Source: a virus
Taxonomy: Duplodnaviria; Caudoviricetes
DNA: 35,903 nucleotides
Reading direction: 5' to 3' (one strand)
IMG/VR virus record: IMGVR_UViG_3300011444_000018
Span: 1 to 35,903 of that record
Of the stretch, positions 25,249 to 34,158 are shown piece by piece; position 1 is the first letter of the stretch, and each line of letters starts with the position of its first letter. The position numbers were made by a program, and so were the translations under genes. The notes under the pieces were generated by a model. It worked only from the letters and a program-made list of their open reading frames with translations. It made no database searches and had not been told where the DNA came from.

Positions 25249-25829
25249 AGGATGACACTCTCTAACTCGAAGTCAGAACTCCAAGCACTATCGAAGAAGT
25301 TCTTTACTTCGAACTCGTCATTGCAGAATTTCAATCGGAAGTAAAAGTTGCCAGTCCAAGTAAGCGCGGCGTCGGCGGCCGGCGCGGCGTCAAAGGTGAG
25401 CACGCCCTTGCTGTCGAGCGCATACGCGAAGGTCTCGACGCCGTTAACGAAGATGTGCGGCGTACCGTTGACATTCTGTACCATGTCTGGGAACGCGCCC
25501 ACATTCCGGACAAGTTGAAAGACCTTAGACGCGCCGTCGCCCGTGCCGAAGTTCGTATTAGTGACCGTGTTATCTAATGGGTCATTGAAGAGGAAAGACC
25601 CGGCCCGGCCGCGAAGCGAGCAGAAGAGCCCGGTAACTATTGCGATGCCGGATTCTGGGTCGTCCATGCGCCCGTCTAACAGCGGAACTTCCCACTTATA
25701 GCGCCAACGTGGAAAGGCCGCGAGACTTGTATAGACGTTTGCTTGCCGGCTCGCGGTCTCTTGCGCCACCGTGTTAAAGCAAATGATTCGAGTATAGTCC
25801 CACTTCGGATTAATGACGATGTTGGACAT
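25245..25829 (-). CDS. Distal tail protein (DUF2460-like)
   Basis: GRAGSFLFNDPLD, FGTGDG...FQL, LTFDAAPA motifs. Confidence 0.85.
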   Translation of the reverse strand: MSNIVINPKWDYTRIICFNTVAQETASRQANVYTSLAAFPRWRYKWEVPLLDGRMDDPESGIAIVTGLFCSLRGRAGSFLFNDPLDNTVTNTNFGTGDGASKVFQLVRNVGAFPDMVQNVNGTPHIFVNGVETFAYALDSKGVLTFDAAPAADAALTWTGNFYFRLKFCNDEFEVKNFFDSAWSSDFELESVIL

Positions 25830-27970
25830 CAGTTAAGCCTTAGTCCCTTCTTCCTACTCATCTGCCGGAGGTGCCCGTCCAGCGCCTTCTTAACAATCTT
25901 ATTAAGATGCTCGGATGAACCGAGAGACGTGATAGTTGTGTGGAACGAGTTTTTAGTATCCCCGTTTCCGCCCTTGCCCGCCGTATTCATGATGTGCTCG
26001 GCTATGTTCGCCGGGAGTACCATCTCCTGTTTATGTAGTAAAGCCATAGTTCCGCCCGGCACATTCGGCACAAGCCCGCCCTGCTCAAAAGCCATAACGG
26101 TAGCGAAGGCGCCCGCCGCTAAGACCGGGGCTAGAATCATACCGGGGATACCGCCGAAGCTTAGCCCGGCATTGAAGGCTTTACGTGCCGCCGCTGCTGC
26201 GTCCTTCTCTTTGGTCATGTCCAGAGCGAGCATGGATTTGATAGCATTTTGAATCATTCCAGTAGCTACTTGGTCCCCAATATTTGACATCATGGCCGCG
26301 AAGGACTGATGACGCATAAGGAAGCCGGCGAGCCCCTGCGCTATTGAGTTGCGCATCTGATCATCGGCCGCTAACATGCGGGTGTTCCGGGCGATTGTTG
26401 CCTTGTCCTGAATCTCAGTAAGCTTGTTTTGGTGTGCCTGCTCTAACGCTTCCTTCTTATTGTTGAGGGTTTTAAGCTTGTTCTGAAAGTCCTTGTCTGT
26501 CTTGTCGAGAGCTGCAATCTCGCGGTTAATCGCCGCAATCTTGAGCGCTTGTTCGCGGTTCGCGAATTCGGTGTCCTGTCTCAGTAGCTCTTGCTGCGAG
26601 ACCCGGCGCTCGCTATTGCGGAGGTTCGCCGCTTCTCGGTCGGCCGCGAGCTCTAGCTCACCCATATTTTGCGCGTGGGTCGCCGCTATACGGCCGGCCT
26701 CGGCTTGGATGCGCGTTTTTTCTTGGGTCATCTGCCGGAAAGCCCCGATGCGAGACACTAATAGCGCGCGATAGAAGCCCGTCTCCTGAAGCCCCTTGTT
26801 GTTCTCTTCCTGAATGGCCGCCTCAATCGCCGCGAGCCGGGCGGCTGTGCCGCTCTCAGTTGCTTCGATCTTCTCGCGTTCGCCTTGCTGGATACGTTCC
26901 ACGGCCGCGCGGTACCGCTCTTCCTGGAGTTTGTCCTCCGCCTCTATGCCTTGCTTCTCCGCCTCCATCTCCAATTTGATACGCTTGTACGCGTCGTCGT
27001 CAATCTCTTTTGTTGTGTGATTCTTGGCCGCTTGCCCCTCAAGTTCTTTAAGCGCGTTAACCCGTTGTTGTACCCCCGCTTGTGCCTGAAGAGTGTCCAC
27101 TAAGGCTTGCTGTGCCTGTACTTCCTTCTCCGTCAGGCCGACGCCCGCCTTTTTTAACTCCATGGCGGCTTGTTCAAACTTGTTGTAATCGGCTCCCTGG
27201 TTCGTCTTGCCCGTGGCATCTAGCTGGTTTGCCTTGTACTGCTTTTGCATCTCAAGAACGCGCTCCGCGCTCTTACGCGTCCCGGCTAGAAGATCCGCCG
27301 CTTCCTCATTCTTGCCTCGCGCTAGAAGAGAGTCATACTCAGTTCTGAACTTGGTTAATGCGTGCTGCGCTCCGGCAGAGCCAATGCCGAGCGTGTACCA
27401 GTGACTTTTTAGCTCGGCAAATACAACATCCGCCGCTTTTGACACGGCGTCAAAAGACTTAACTAACTCTTCCATGCTTGCGCGGTCAATGAGTTCGAGT
27501 TGTTTCGTAAGAGCCGCGAGATGATTCTTATTAAGTTCGTCTGCCTTGATCCCGGCTTGTAATAGCTTTTGGTCAAGCGCGTTGAAAGTGTTCTGTATGG
27601 TCGTGCCAAACTTGACTTGATTCTCGGCAAGTTGTTCGGCCGCCTCGCGGACCTTCGCGAGATGCTCAAGTAAGAGCGTTGCGCCTACAATGATGGCGAG
27701 GAAGGGAAACGCGGCTTCCATTGCGCCGCCGATTGGCCCGAGCCCCGCAACAAACGAAGTAAGGGCGCGCGGCATATGGACGCCGAACTCTTCCCCGAGA
27801 AGCATGACGCCGTGCCGGGCTTCGGACATCTTGAAGCCGGTCTCGCCCGCCATCCGCCCGGCGCCTTCTTTGATATCATTGAAGGATCCCTTGGCCGCGC
27901 GGGCCGCGTCCGCCATACCAGATTGAAAGGTTGCGGTCTTCGTCTGCAAATCTACGCTAAAAGTACCCAA
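25829..27970 (-). CDS. Tape measure protein (5' end possibly frameshifted; natural start may be GTG 27984)
   Basis: 713 aa, Ala/Glu/Lys-rich helical; C-terminal FEQGGLVP...LLHKQEMVLP. Confidence 0.88.
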   Translation of the reverse strand: MGTFSVDLQTKTATFQSGMADAARAAKGSFNDIKEGAGRMAGETGFKMSEARHGVMLLGEEFGVHMPRALTSFVAGLGPIGGAMEAAFPFLAIIVGATLLLEHLAKVREAAEQLAENQVKFGTTIQNTFNALDQKLLQAGIKADELNKNHLAALTKQLELIDRASMEELVKSFDAVSKAADVVFAELKSHWYTLGIGSAGAQHALTKFRTEYDSLLARGKNEEAADLLAGTRKSAERVLEMQKQYKANQLDATGKTNQGADYNKFEQAAMELKKAGVGLTEKEVQAQQALVDTLQAQAGVQQRVNALKELEGQAAKNHTTKEIDDDAYKRIKLEMEAEKQGIEAEDKLQEERYRAAVERIQQGEREKIEATESGTAARLAAIEAAIQEENNKGLQETGFYRALLVSRIGAFRQMTQEKTRIQAEAGRIAATHAQNMGELELAADREAANLRNSERRVSQQELLRQDTEFANREQALKIAAINREIAALDKTDKDFQNKLKTLNNKKEALEQAHQNKLTEIQDKATIARNTRMLAADDQMRNSIAQGLAGFLMRHQSFAAMMSNIGDQVATGMIQNAIKSMLALDMTKEKDAAAAARKAFNAGLSFGGIPGMILAPVLAAGAFATVMAFEQGGLVPNVPGGTMALLHKQEMVLPANIAEHIMNTAGKGGNGDTKNSFHTTITSLGSSEHLNKIVKKALDGHLRQMSRKKGLRLN

Positions 27971-28025
27971 ACAGGCTGAGCCACTTGGGAATCCTTTCCT
28001 ACTGCTCTCTGATTTTATTTCAGTC

Positions 28026-28718
28026 TTACGCCGTATACGCTTGTCGTTGCTTTTTGATACCGCTCGGCAGTGGTTCCCGAATGAACCCGCCTAACGTTCC
28101 ATTATCTCGGCGAGCGTGCTTGTTCGCTCCACCAACCAAATTAGGCGTCAGCCCCAAACTTATCATTGTTTGGGATAGCGACGTACCTAAAGCCTGTTTA
28201 ATACTCTTATGGTCTAACCCCTGATACTTTTTCAAGTCCGCCGCCGAGGGCGTACCATCTACCGCGAAGGCTGTCAGCATAATGCGTTGACGAATCTGCG
28301 CTTGACAACGCATCCGCAAATTGAGCATTTCGGCGCATCCGGGGTTTTCCTTAATGCGTTTTTGCGGTAGCCTCTGGCCGGGTTTTAATGACTTGCGTTT
28401 GGTCTGCGCCCGTCCTTGACGAACGAATTTAATGTGAGTGGACGGTACGTTCAAACTGGTAACACTCCGCAAGCCGTGATTCCGTCTATACTCCGCCGCC
28501 GATATGCCCTCGGACTGCCGGACGTGACACCCAATAGATTTGAACCAATCGCCGCACATATGGCACCGGACCAAATCTTCCTTTTGATTAAATTCCAAAG
28601 CGCCTAGCGTGGAATACCCGCTAGGTGTATATGGTGCCTTTGCGGCCCATGGAAAAACTACGCCGCCTATGATTACATGAGTGACTTTTGTTTTCGTTGT
28701 TGTTATTGCTGTTTGCAT
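28026..28718 (-). CDS. MucR/Ros-like Zn-finger DNA-binding protein (moron)
   Basis: VRCHMCGDWFKSIGCHV...GISAAEYRRNHGL; lower GC; own promoter. Confidence 0.7.
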   Translation of the reverse strand: MQTAITTTKTKVTHVIIGGVVFPWAAKAPYTPSGYSTLGALEFNQKEDLVRCHMCGDWFKSIGCHVRQSEGISAAEYRRNHGLRSVTSLNVPSTHIKFVRQGRAQTKRKSLKPGQRLPQKRIKENPGCAEMLNLRMRCQAQIRQRIMLTAFAVDGTPSAADLKKYQGLDHKSIKQALGTSLSQTMISLGLTPNLVGGANKHARRDNGTLGGFIREPLPSGIKKQRQAYTA

Positions 28719-28727
28719 AAGGGTCAC

Positions 28728-28756
28728 ATTCTAGTCCATTTAACGAGTCCAGTCAA
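28728..28756 (-). promoter_or_regulatory. Sigma70-like promoter TTGACT-N17-TAGAAT
   Basis: Fills the short intergenic gap; spacer holds two TGGACT copies. Confidence 0.7.
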
Positions 28757-28760
28757 TAAG

Positions 28761-29165
28761 TCATTTTTTCATGTCCTCTAGGCCTTCGTTGATTGCTTCG
28801 ACATACCGCTCTAGCACTTCGTCCTGGGCGGCACGGGCCGAGTTCTCTAGCCAGTGCTGCGCCGGGACGTTCGCCTCGGGCGCCCCGAACTCCTGAAACA
28901 TTCCGTAAAAGCCTTGCTTGCTCGGGCCGACCCGGACGGTGAGGGCGCCCGGACTTTCAACCGTCTCGCGATGGATCTCGCCCTCTAACTGCCCGGTCTC
29001 GAACGGGGAGAAAGCCTTCGCGCTATCCATAAGAACTTTCGCGGCTTTCATCTCGACCGCGCGCAAGAACTTCCGAACCGCGCGTCGAGACCCGGTTGTA
29101 AAGGCTTCTTCTAACTCGTCTAAGCCCTCAATGTTCGTTACGATTTGGATATCAACATCCGCCAT
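28761..29165 (-). CDS. HK97 gp10-family neck/tail completion protein
   Basis: IEGLDEL, P.ETGQL, FYGMFQEFG, PAQHWL motifs. Confidence 0.88.
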   Translation of the reverse strand: MADVDIQIVTNIEGLDELEEAFTTGSRRAVRKFLRAVEMKAAKVLMDSAKAFSPFETGQLEGEIHRETVESPGALTVRVGPSKQGFYGMFQEFGAPEANVPAQHWLENSARAAQDEVLERYVEAINEGLEDMKK

Positions 29166-29167
29166 AC

Positions 29168-29638
29168 TTAGTCCCGCAAACTTGGGTAAACTTCGTAAAT
29201 CAACTCTTCGGCGTCCTCGATACCGTTCTCGGTAAGACGCGCTATCATTTTGACTTTCTCATCATGCACCTGCGCCGGCGTTGCGCCTCGCATTCCGAGG
29301 AAAGCTAAAGCGATGCCGCGCTTGACGGACTTCCGGAACTCTTCTCTCTTTACATCTTCCTCGTCCGTCTCTAGCCCGGCGATAAAATCAAACGGGGAAA
29401 GCGATTGTGTGTCCGCCGTTCGATGGATGTTAAATAGGGTCGAGGTCACGAGCGCGGCGTTAAATCTCTGCTGCCTCAGCTCGACTCCCCGGCGCTCTTC
29501 TAACGCCTCGAACTGCGCTAATGTCAACCGCTCGAATTCGTCCCATGTCAACCCGTGATCGTGACGACATATAGCCCATATATCAGTCCAGCTATGCGGG
29601 GCGTCCTCTAGCGAACGACCCCGCTTTGCTAGTTTGGG
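29168..29638 (-). CDS. Tail assembly chaperone, -1 frameshift extension (gpT-like)
   Basis: Overlaps the end of the gpG-like ORF in the -1 frame; W.EFERLTL.QF pattern. Confidence 0.75.
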   Translation of the reverse strand, partial: PKLAKRGRSLEDAPHSWTDIWAICRHDHGLTWDEFERLTLAQFEALEERRGVELRQQRFNAALVTSTLFNIHRTADTQSLSPFDFIAGLETDEEDVKREEFRKSVKRGIALAFLGMRGATPAQVHDEKVKMIARLTENGIEDAEELIYEVYPSLRD

Positions 29639-30009
29639 CTTTTTTGTCCCCGTATCTGTGCCTCGCACTTTTCAAGCGTACGCGGGAAGTTAAGTCGCGT
29701 GAGTGCGTGCTGTATCTCTAGCACGCCCTCGGCGCCTAAGTCCTCGCATAGTTTTCGGATCTCTTCAACGGTGACACCCACTGCGCCGCGCGCCTCTTCC
29801 GGCGGCGCAACACTGCCAACGATGCCGGCGTGCAATATCAAATGCACTTCTTCCCATTTGATATCGAACCAATCGGCTAGACTCTTGAGAGAATGGCCGA
29901 CCGCCACTTCAGCCTTGATTACGGACGACAACGGGTACTCGACGGTGTACTCGCGGTCTTCTGTCTTTACTACCATTCTTGGGCGGACGGCCAGTTCTAA
30001 CGTGTTCAT
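29629..30009 (-). CDS. Tail assembly chaperone (gpG-like)
   Basis: Directly after the major tail gene; ends ...SPN* on a slippery site. Confidence 0.75.
   Translation of the reverse strand: MNTLELAVRPRMVVKTEDREYTVEYPLSSVIKAEVAVGHSLKSLADWFDIKWEEVHLILHAGIVGSVAPPEEARGAVGVTVEEIRKLCEDLGAEGVLEIQHALTRLNFPRTLEKCEAQIRGQKSPN
29632..29638 (-). other. Programmed -1 ribosomal frameshift site C CCA AAC
   Basis: In-frame X XXY YYZ heptamer immediately before TAG; the -1 frame stays open to 29168. Confidence 0.75.
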
Positions 30010-30050
30010 ATATCTTCCCCCTAATTCCGACTAAGTCGCTCGCGGTCGGG

Positions 30051-30464
30051 TTAGCTGTTAACAATGGGTCCGGTTACCTGGAGTTTCACCGTGTACGTTG
30101 GTAGTTTGTCGTCCGGCACCGACTCATCAATCGAGATGACGATAGCGGCGAAGGAGCGCGTCCGCGCGGATGCCGGGTAGATGACCTTAAAGTTATGCGA
30201 CTGTTGATCCTCGGCCGTGAACAGAAGAGCCTGAGTTGTATCTCCGGGAAGCACGTTAATCTTTACCGTTACGTCGCCGGGGTTGTGCAGCCCGCCGACA
30301 TAAGACCGGGTAAAGCCGGAGCTACCAAGGGTCGTTGTGTCGAGCGCGTCAACCTTGTCGGAACCGAAGTCGGCGCTTGTGGCGCCGTTAATTTCGGTGA
30401 AGTTTTCGGACGTTGCGCCGTCGCCTATTTTGAATTTTGAGCCGTGACCAATTGACTGTGACAT
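30051..30464 (-). CDS. Major tail tube protein
   Basis: IGDGAT.ENFTEI, LDTTTL, GL.NPG, LQVTG; AAAGGAG RBS. Confidence 0.88.
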   Translation of the reverse strand: MSQSIGHGSKFKIGDGATSENFTEINGATSADFGSDKVDALDTTTLGSSGFTRSYVGGLHNPGDVTVKINVLPGDTTQALLFTAEDQQSHNFKVIYPASARTRSFAAIVISIDESVPDDKLPTYTVKLQVTGPIVNS

Positions 30465-30513
30465 TTTTACTCCTTTCCCGGTTTTACGGCTCCGGGCACG
30501 CCGATTTAACTAC

Positions 30514-30921
30514 CTAAACTCTTTTGCTCACTATCCGGAACCCTAGCAACGTCCGAAACGCGAACCCGGTTGCATCCGCCTTCGCTAAAAAGGGCATGTC
30601 CATCTCACGCTCTAACATGCACGTCTGCACTATGGTCCCGTCCGGCAGTGTTCCCACATACCCAATTAGAAGGCTGGTCGCCGCGTCTATTGCGGAGTCC
30701 CGCGCCGCCGATGTGCTTCCGTAAGCGTCAATCTGTATGTGGTCCTCGGCCACATCGACCGGGCCGGAGAATTGATACTCTTGCGCCCGCGCGTACTTGT
30801 GCACGACTATCGCAGGGAAGACATATCCACGCGGGAGTACGTCCCGGTATACCCGGCTCGACACAACCGCCGCGACGCCGGTGTCGTTCTTAAGCAACGA
30901 GATGATACCCTCAGTAATCAT
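30514..30921 (-). CDS. Tail terminator protein (DUF3168-like)
   Basis: V.SRVY...P...FPAIV, IQIDAYG; start moved to ATG 30921. Confidence 0.82.
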   Translation of the reverse strand: MITEGIISLLKNDTGVAAVVSSRVYRDVLPRGYVFPAIVVHKYARAQEYQFSGPVDVAEDHIQIDAYGSTSAARDSAIDAATSLLIGYVGTLPDGTIVQTCMLEREMDMPFLAKADATGFAFRTLLGFRIVSKRV

Positions 30922-31238
30922 GCTCCGGTCGTCCTTTCGACATGACAGTACACCTCTAACCACATACCGGGCCGGGGCGCGTTCGGCTCGCTGAAGTAAT
31001 CGACGATAAACAGCACCCCGTCAATCCGCACATACCCGGACCTGGACAAGAGCGCGGCGTCCGGCTTGCGAAAGGTAATGACATGATTAGATTCGGCGTT
31101 ATCTAATTGCTGCTGATCTACGCGCGCGCCGGTTATGTCCTCTTGCCCCGCATATACATTCGATGCGAGTACGGTCGTACCGTCCGGCGCGATGATATCC
31201 GCGCGAAATTTTAGATCGTTAGTCGAGTGTGTCCGCAT
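30918..31238 (-). CDS. Head closure / head-tail adaptor
   Basis: Position, size and the VYAG...HVITFR pattern. Confidence 0.65.
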   Translation of the reverse strand: MRTHSTNDLKFRADIIAPDGTTVLASNVYAGQEDITGARVDQQQLDNAESNHVITFRKPDAALLSRSGYVRIDGVLFIVDYFSEPNAPRPGMWLEVYCHVERTTGA

Positions 31239-31239
31239 G

Positions 31240-31809
31240 TTAAAACCCGTACACCCTCTTACCTAGGAAGAAGGCAGAAATCGCGAGCGGAATCTCTTTC
31301 AACCCTTCGGACGATACAACGGAAGGGTGCTCGTAGATGTGTACGGCTAGTTGTCGAATACCTTCGAGATGCGGCGTATGCGCTTGCGCGCCGGCTACAA
31401 AGTCGATACGCACCGCGCCGGGCGCGCTCACCGGTGGCGGATAAATAAAACTCGTCTTCGGCACGATAAGCGCCGGGACGTTGGCTTCAACGACGAAGTA
31501 CTCGGCCGAGTCCCATGTCTGCCAAACGTAATTAGAGTCCAGGTACTTCACGCTCGTCACACTTACTAGAGGCGGACGGGGAAGCTTTATGGCTTCGTGC
31601 GGGAAGGGAAACGAGTCCCTAGTTAGCCGATAGGTCTTACCCGCGAAACTCCATCCGGTTACAGACTCGGCATACTCACGAGCCGTTGTAATATTCGACG
31701 CGATGACGCTGTCATCCGCGCTCGTACTGAGACGGAGCCGCGCTTTGACCTCGGCAACTGTGACCGGCTCGGCAATTGGTTGCGCTGTTATCTGTAACGA
31801 CATAGTCAT
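31240..31809 (-). CDS. Head-tail connector (gp6-like)
   Basis: EPVTVAEVKARLR, AREYAE, LPRPPLVSVTSVKY, AVRIDFVAG. Confidence 0.88.
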   Translation of the reverse strand: MTMSLQITAQPIAEPVTVAEVKARLRLSTSADDSVIASNITTAREYAESVTGWSFAGKTYRLTRDSFPFPHEAIKLPRPPLVSVTSVKYLDSNYVWQTWDSAEYFVVEANVPALIVPKTSFIYPPPVSAPGAVRIDFVAGAQAHTPHLEGIRQLAVHIYEHPSVVSSEGLKEIPLAISAFFLGKRVYGF

Positions 31810-31823
31810 TTCCCATTTCTATG

Positions 31824-31876
31824 AAAAAGCGCGGGTCCGGGTGTAATTGGGGAGGGCGTACCCTCGCCCGCGCTTT
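31824..31876 (-). terminator. Terminator-like stem after the capsid gene
   Basis: AAAGCGCGGG / CCCGCGCTTT 10-bp stem with an inner GAGGG/CCCTC hairpin, ending in a T run on the minus strand. Confidence 0.6.
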
Positions 31877-31896
31877 CTTCGTTCACCTACAGGGCT

Positions 31897-33132
31897 TTAA
31901 GAAAGTGCGACCCTGTAAGACTTCAGTGCTTCCGCGCGCCGGACACGGCCGTCCGTGCGTCGATAGGCTAGCAAGGTCAACAACCCTTGCGAGGCCTTAG
32001 GCTGATCCAACACCTTTATGTTGATCCCGCTACCGCCACGGTCGCCGATGATGTATCCGCGAGAGAAATCGCCGAAGATAATCGGGGTGTTACCGCGTGA
32101 GCAAGACGGCATCGCGGTTGAGTACTCGACCGGATATCCGTGTAAGAAATCCTGATCGCCTACCCGAGACCATGCCGGGAAAAACAGATTGGCCTGGATT
32201 TGTGCCTTGCGGAGCACAATCGAGGTTGCGCGCTGCATCAACCAAGAGGCGGAACCGTGATAAACGGCATTCAGTGTTCCAATCACGTCGAGGGTGCCCG
32301 TGATCGTGACAAGATTGCTGTTGGAATCGGGTTCGCCGGCCGCAACGCCCGCGTCAACGTTCCCGATAAGCCCTTGGGGTTCGCCGGAGCCGGAGCCATT
32401 GACGAACTTGTCTTCTTCATACGTCTGCTGTGCGAGGATCAAATCGTCCTGGAGAAAGGCTTGGAACGCCGGAACGTCTTGCGCTAGTTCCCAAGAGATG
32501 TCCTCAATGTCGCCGGCCATGAATGCGGACAACGTGAACTGAGTCAATGTTGGTGCGGTTCCGCCGAAGCTTGAGGTCTCAGCCTTCGCCGCCGCCGTGC
32601 CGTGTGCCAGCTTGACGGGAAATTTGATATCCATGGTCGTCGGAATGACCCGAGCGAGGCGACGAAGCGCGAACTCTTGCGGCGCCAGTGGGACAATCTG
32701 TCCGTCCACGGTCAACGGAACGGCAAATCCTCCGGCCGAGTTCGTACCTTCCACCATGGCCGCCTGAATCTCCGGGTTCATGACGAACCCATTAGCCGCC
32801 CACATATGAAAAGCGTTAAAGTAATCGACAGAGAAAGTCTTCTTGCTGCCGAGCATCTTCGCGTACGGTGTGCCGGCCTTGAACGCGTCCGCGTTGTGCG
32901 CGCTCGGAGGTGCCGGGAGAAGGTCCGTCAAAGTCTGCTTTGCCCTGAGGGTGTTGAGTTTCTCGATTGCTGCAATCTGCGGGCCAATGGCTTCGAGTTC
33001 AACAGTGCAAGCGTCAACGTCGCATTGTTCCTGTTCGTTGAAGCCGCGCTTTTGCTCTTCGCACGCTTTGAGGATCTTGTCCGCTTTGTCGAGGGCAACT
33101 TTTCTTTTCTGCAAAAGTTCTGACAACATCAT
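31897..33132 (-). CDS. HK97-fold major capsid protein
   Basis: N-terminal coiled-coil delta domain, GGFAVP, ISWEL, GSGSGEPQG, LHGYPV, FGDFS, RTDG. Confidence 0.95.
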   Translation of the reverse strand: MMLSELLQKRKVALDKADKILKACEEQKRGFNEQEQCDVDACTVELEAIGPQIAAIEKLNTLRAKQTLTDLLPAPPSAHNADAFKAGTPYAKMLGSKKTFSVDYFNAFHMWAANGFVMNPEIQAAMVEGTNSAGGFAVPLTVDGQIVPLAPQEFALRRLARVIPTTMDIKFPVKLAHGTAAAKAETSSFGGTAPTLTQFTLSAFMAGDIEDISWELAQDVPAFQAFLQDDLILAQQTYEEDKFVNGSGSGEPQGLIGNVDAGVAAGEPDSNSNLVTITGTLDVIGTLNAVYHGSASWLMQRATSIVLRKAQIQANLFFPAWSRVGDQDFLHGYPVEYSTAMPSCSRGNTPIIFGDFSRGYIIGDRGGSGINIKVLDQPKASQGLLTLLAYRRTDGRVRRAEALKSYRVALS

Positions 33133-33248
33133 GGGGAATAGTGTCCTTAATTGGAATTTATTTACGTGCCGCGCCTCAACCTGCCCGCTTTCGGGGAGAC
33201 TTCCGCGACAGTTCCGGCCCTTTCTAGCCGGACAGTCTCTTAAAATCG

Positions 33249-34157
33249 CTAGAATCTGCGCCGCTCGATATCGAATCGCGCTCTTACTACGCCGATGCCG
33301 AATGCGGGTTCTTTTGTCTCTTCCGCCGGGATTAACGTCCGGTAAAATTCGCGGCCGGGCTGCACAGCGTCAATCATGCCGCGAGTAAGCGCGTTGTTCG
33401 CGTCGAACATCCGGCCCTCACCATACCGCTGCGCCTTCGCTTCTGCTGTCGCGCGAGACCCGCGCCCGGCGTTTACGGCGTCGATAAAATCCCCGTGCAA
33501 GGACGCGAGGCGCTTATTCATGTCCGTCTTGGCGTCTTCTGAGAGTGGGTGAAACGGTGACCATTCCGTTTTGTAATCGCCGGAAAACATCTCGGTCACG
33601 TTGATGCCCATGTCCGCGAGCGCCTCGCTGATGTCTACGTGCATCGTGCGAACACCCACGGAACCTACTTCGCCGCTCGGTGTGAGAGTGATGTTCGACG
33701 CCTGACTTGCGAGAAAGTAAGCGGCTGATGCGGCGATGCCGTCAACCATAGCGCTCACCGGCTTGACCTTCGCGACTTGCGCCAAAACGGCGGCCGCCTC
33801 TGGCAGTCCGGTAACCTCGCCGCCCGGCGAATCGACCGAGAGGACGACGCGCTTTACTGCCGGGTCGGCACCGGCTTCCTCGGCCGCCTTCGAGATCGTT
33901 TCGTAATTACTCCCGAGCCATGATGGGCCGTCCTTGGTCAGCACCCCGTGAATCGGAATAATTGCGACCTTGTTAGCCTTTGGGCCGAGGGTGTTCGGTT
34001 TGGCCGCCTCCCACTGATAGAAGCCGCGCCCGGCCGTGACGGGAATTACACCCGGTCCTTCTTTGACCGCGAGCAAGAGCGCGGGGACGTGGCTCGACAG
34101 GATAGCCCAAAACGGCGACCGGGTTAGAATTTGCAGACGTGCTTTTAGCGAGTCCAT
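33249..34157 (-). CDS. Prohead protease, S49 (SppA) family
   Basis: IPIHGVL, VDSPGG, ASAAY, GSVGV motifs. Confidence 0.93.
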   Translation of the reverse strand: MDSLKARLQILTRSPFWAILSSHVPALLLAVKEGPGVIPVTAGRGFYQWEAAKPNTLGPKANKVAIIPIHGVLTKDGPSWLGSNYETISKAAEEAGADPAVKRVVLSVDSPGGEVTGLPEAAAVLAQVAKVKPVSAMVDGIAASAAYFLASQASNITLTPSGEVGSVGVRTMHVDISEALADMGINVTEMFSGDYKTEWSPFHPLSEDAKTDMNKRLASLHGDFIDAVNAGRGSRATAEAKAQRYGEGRMFDANNALTRGMIDAVQPGREFYRTLIPAEETKEPAFGIGVVRARFDIERRRF

Positions 34158-34158
34158 T

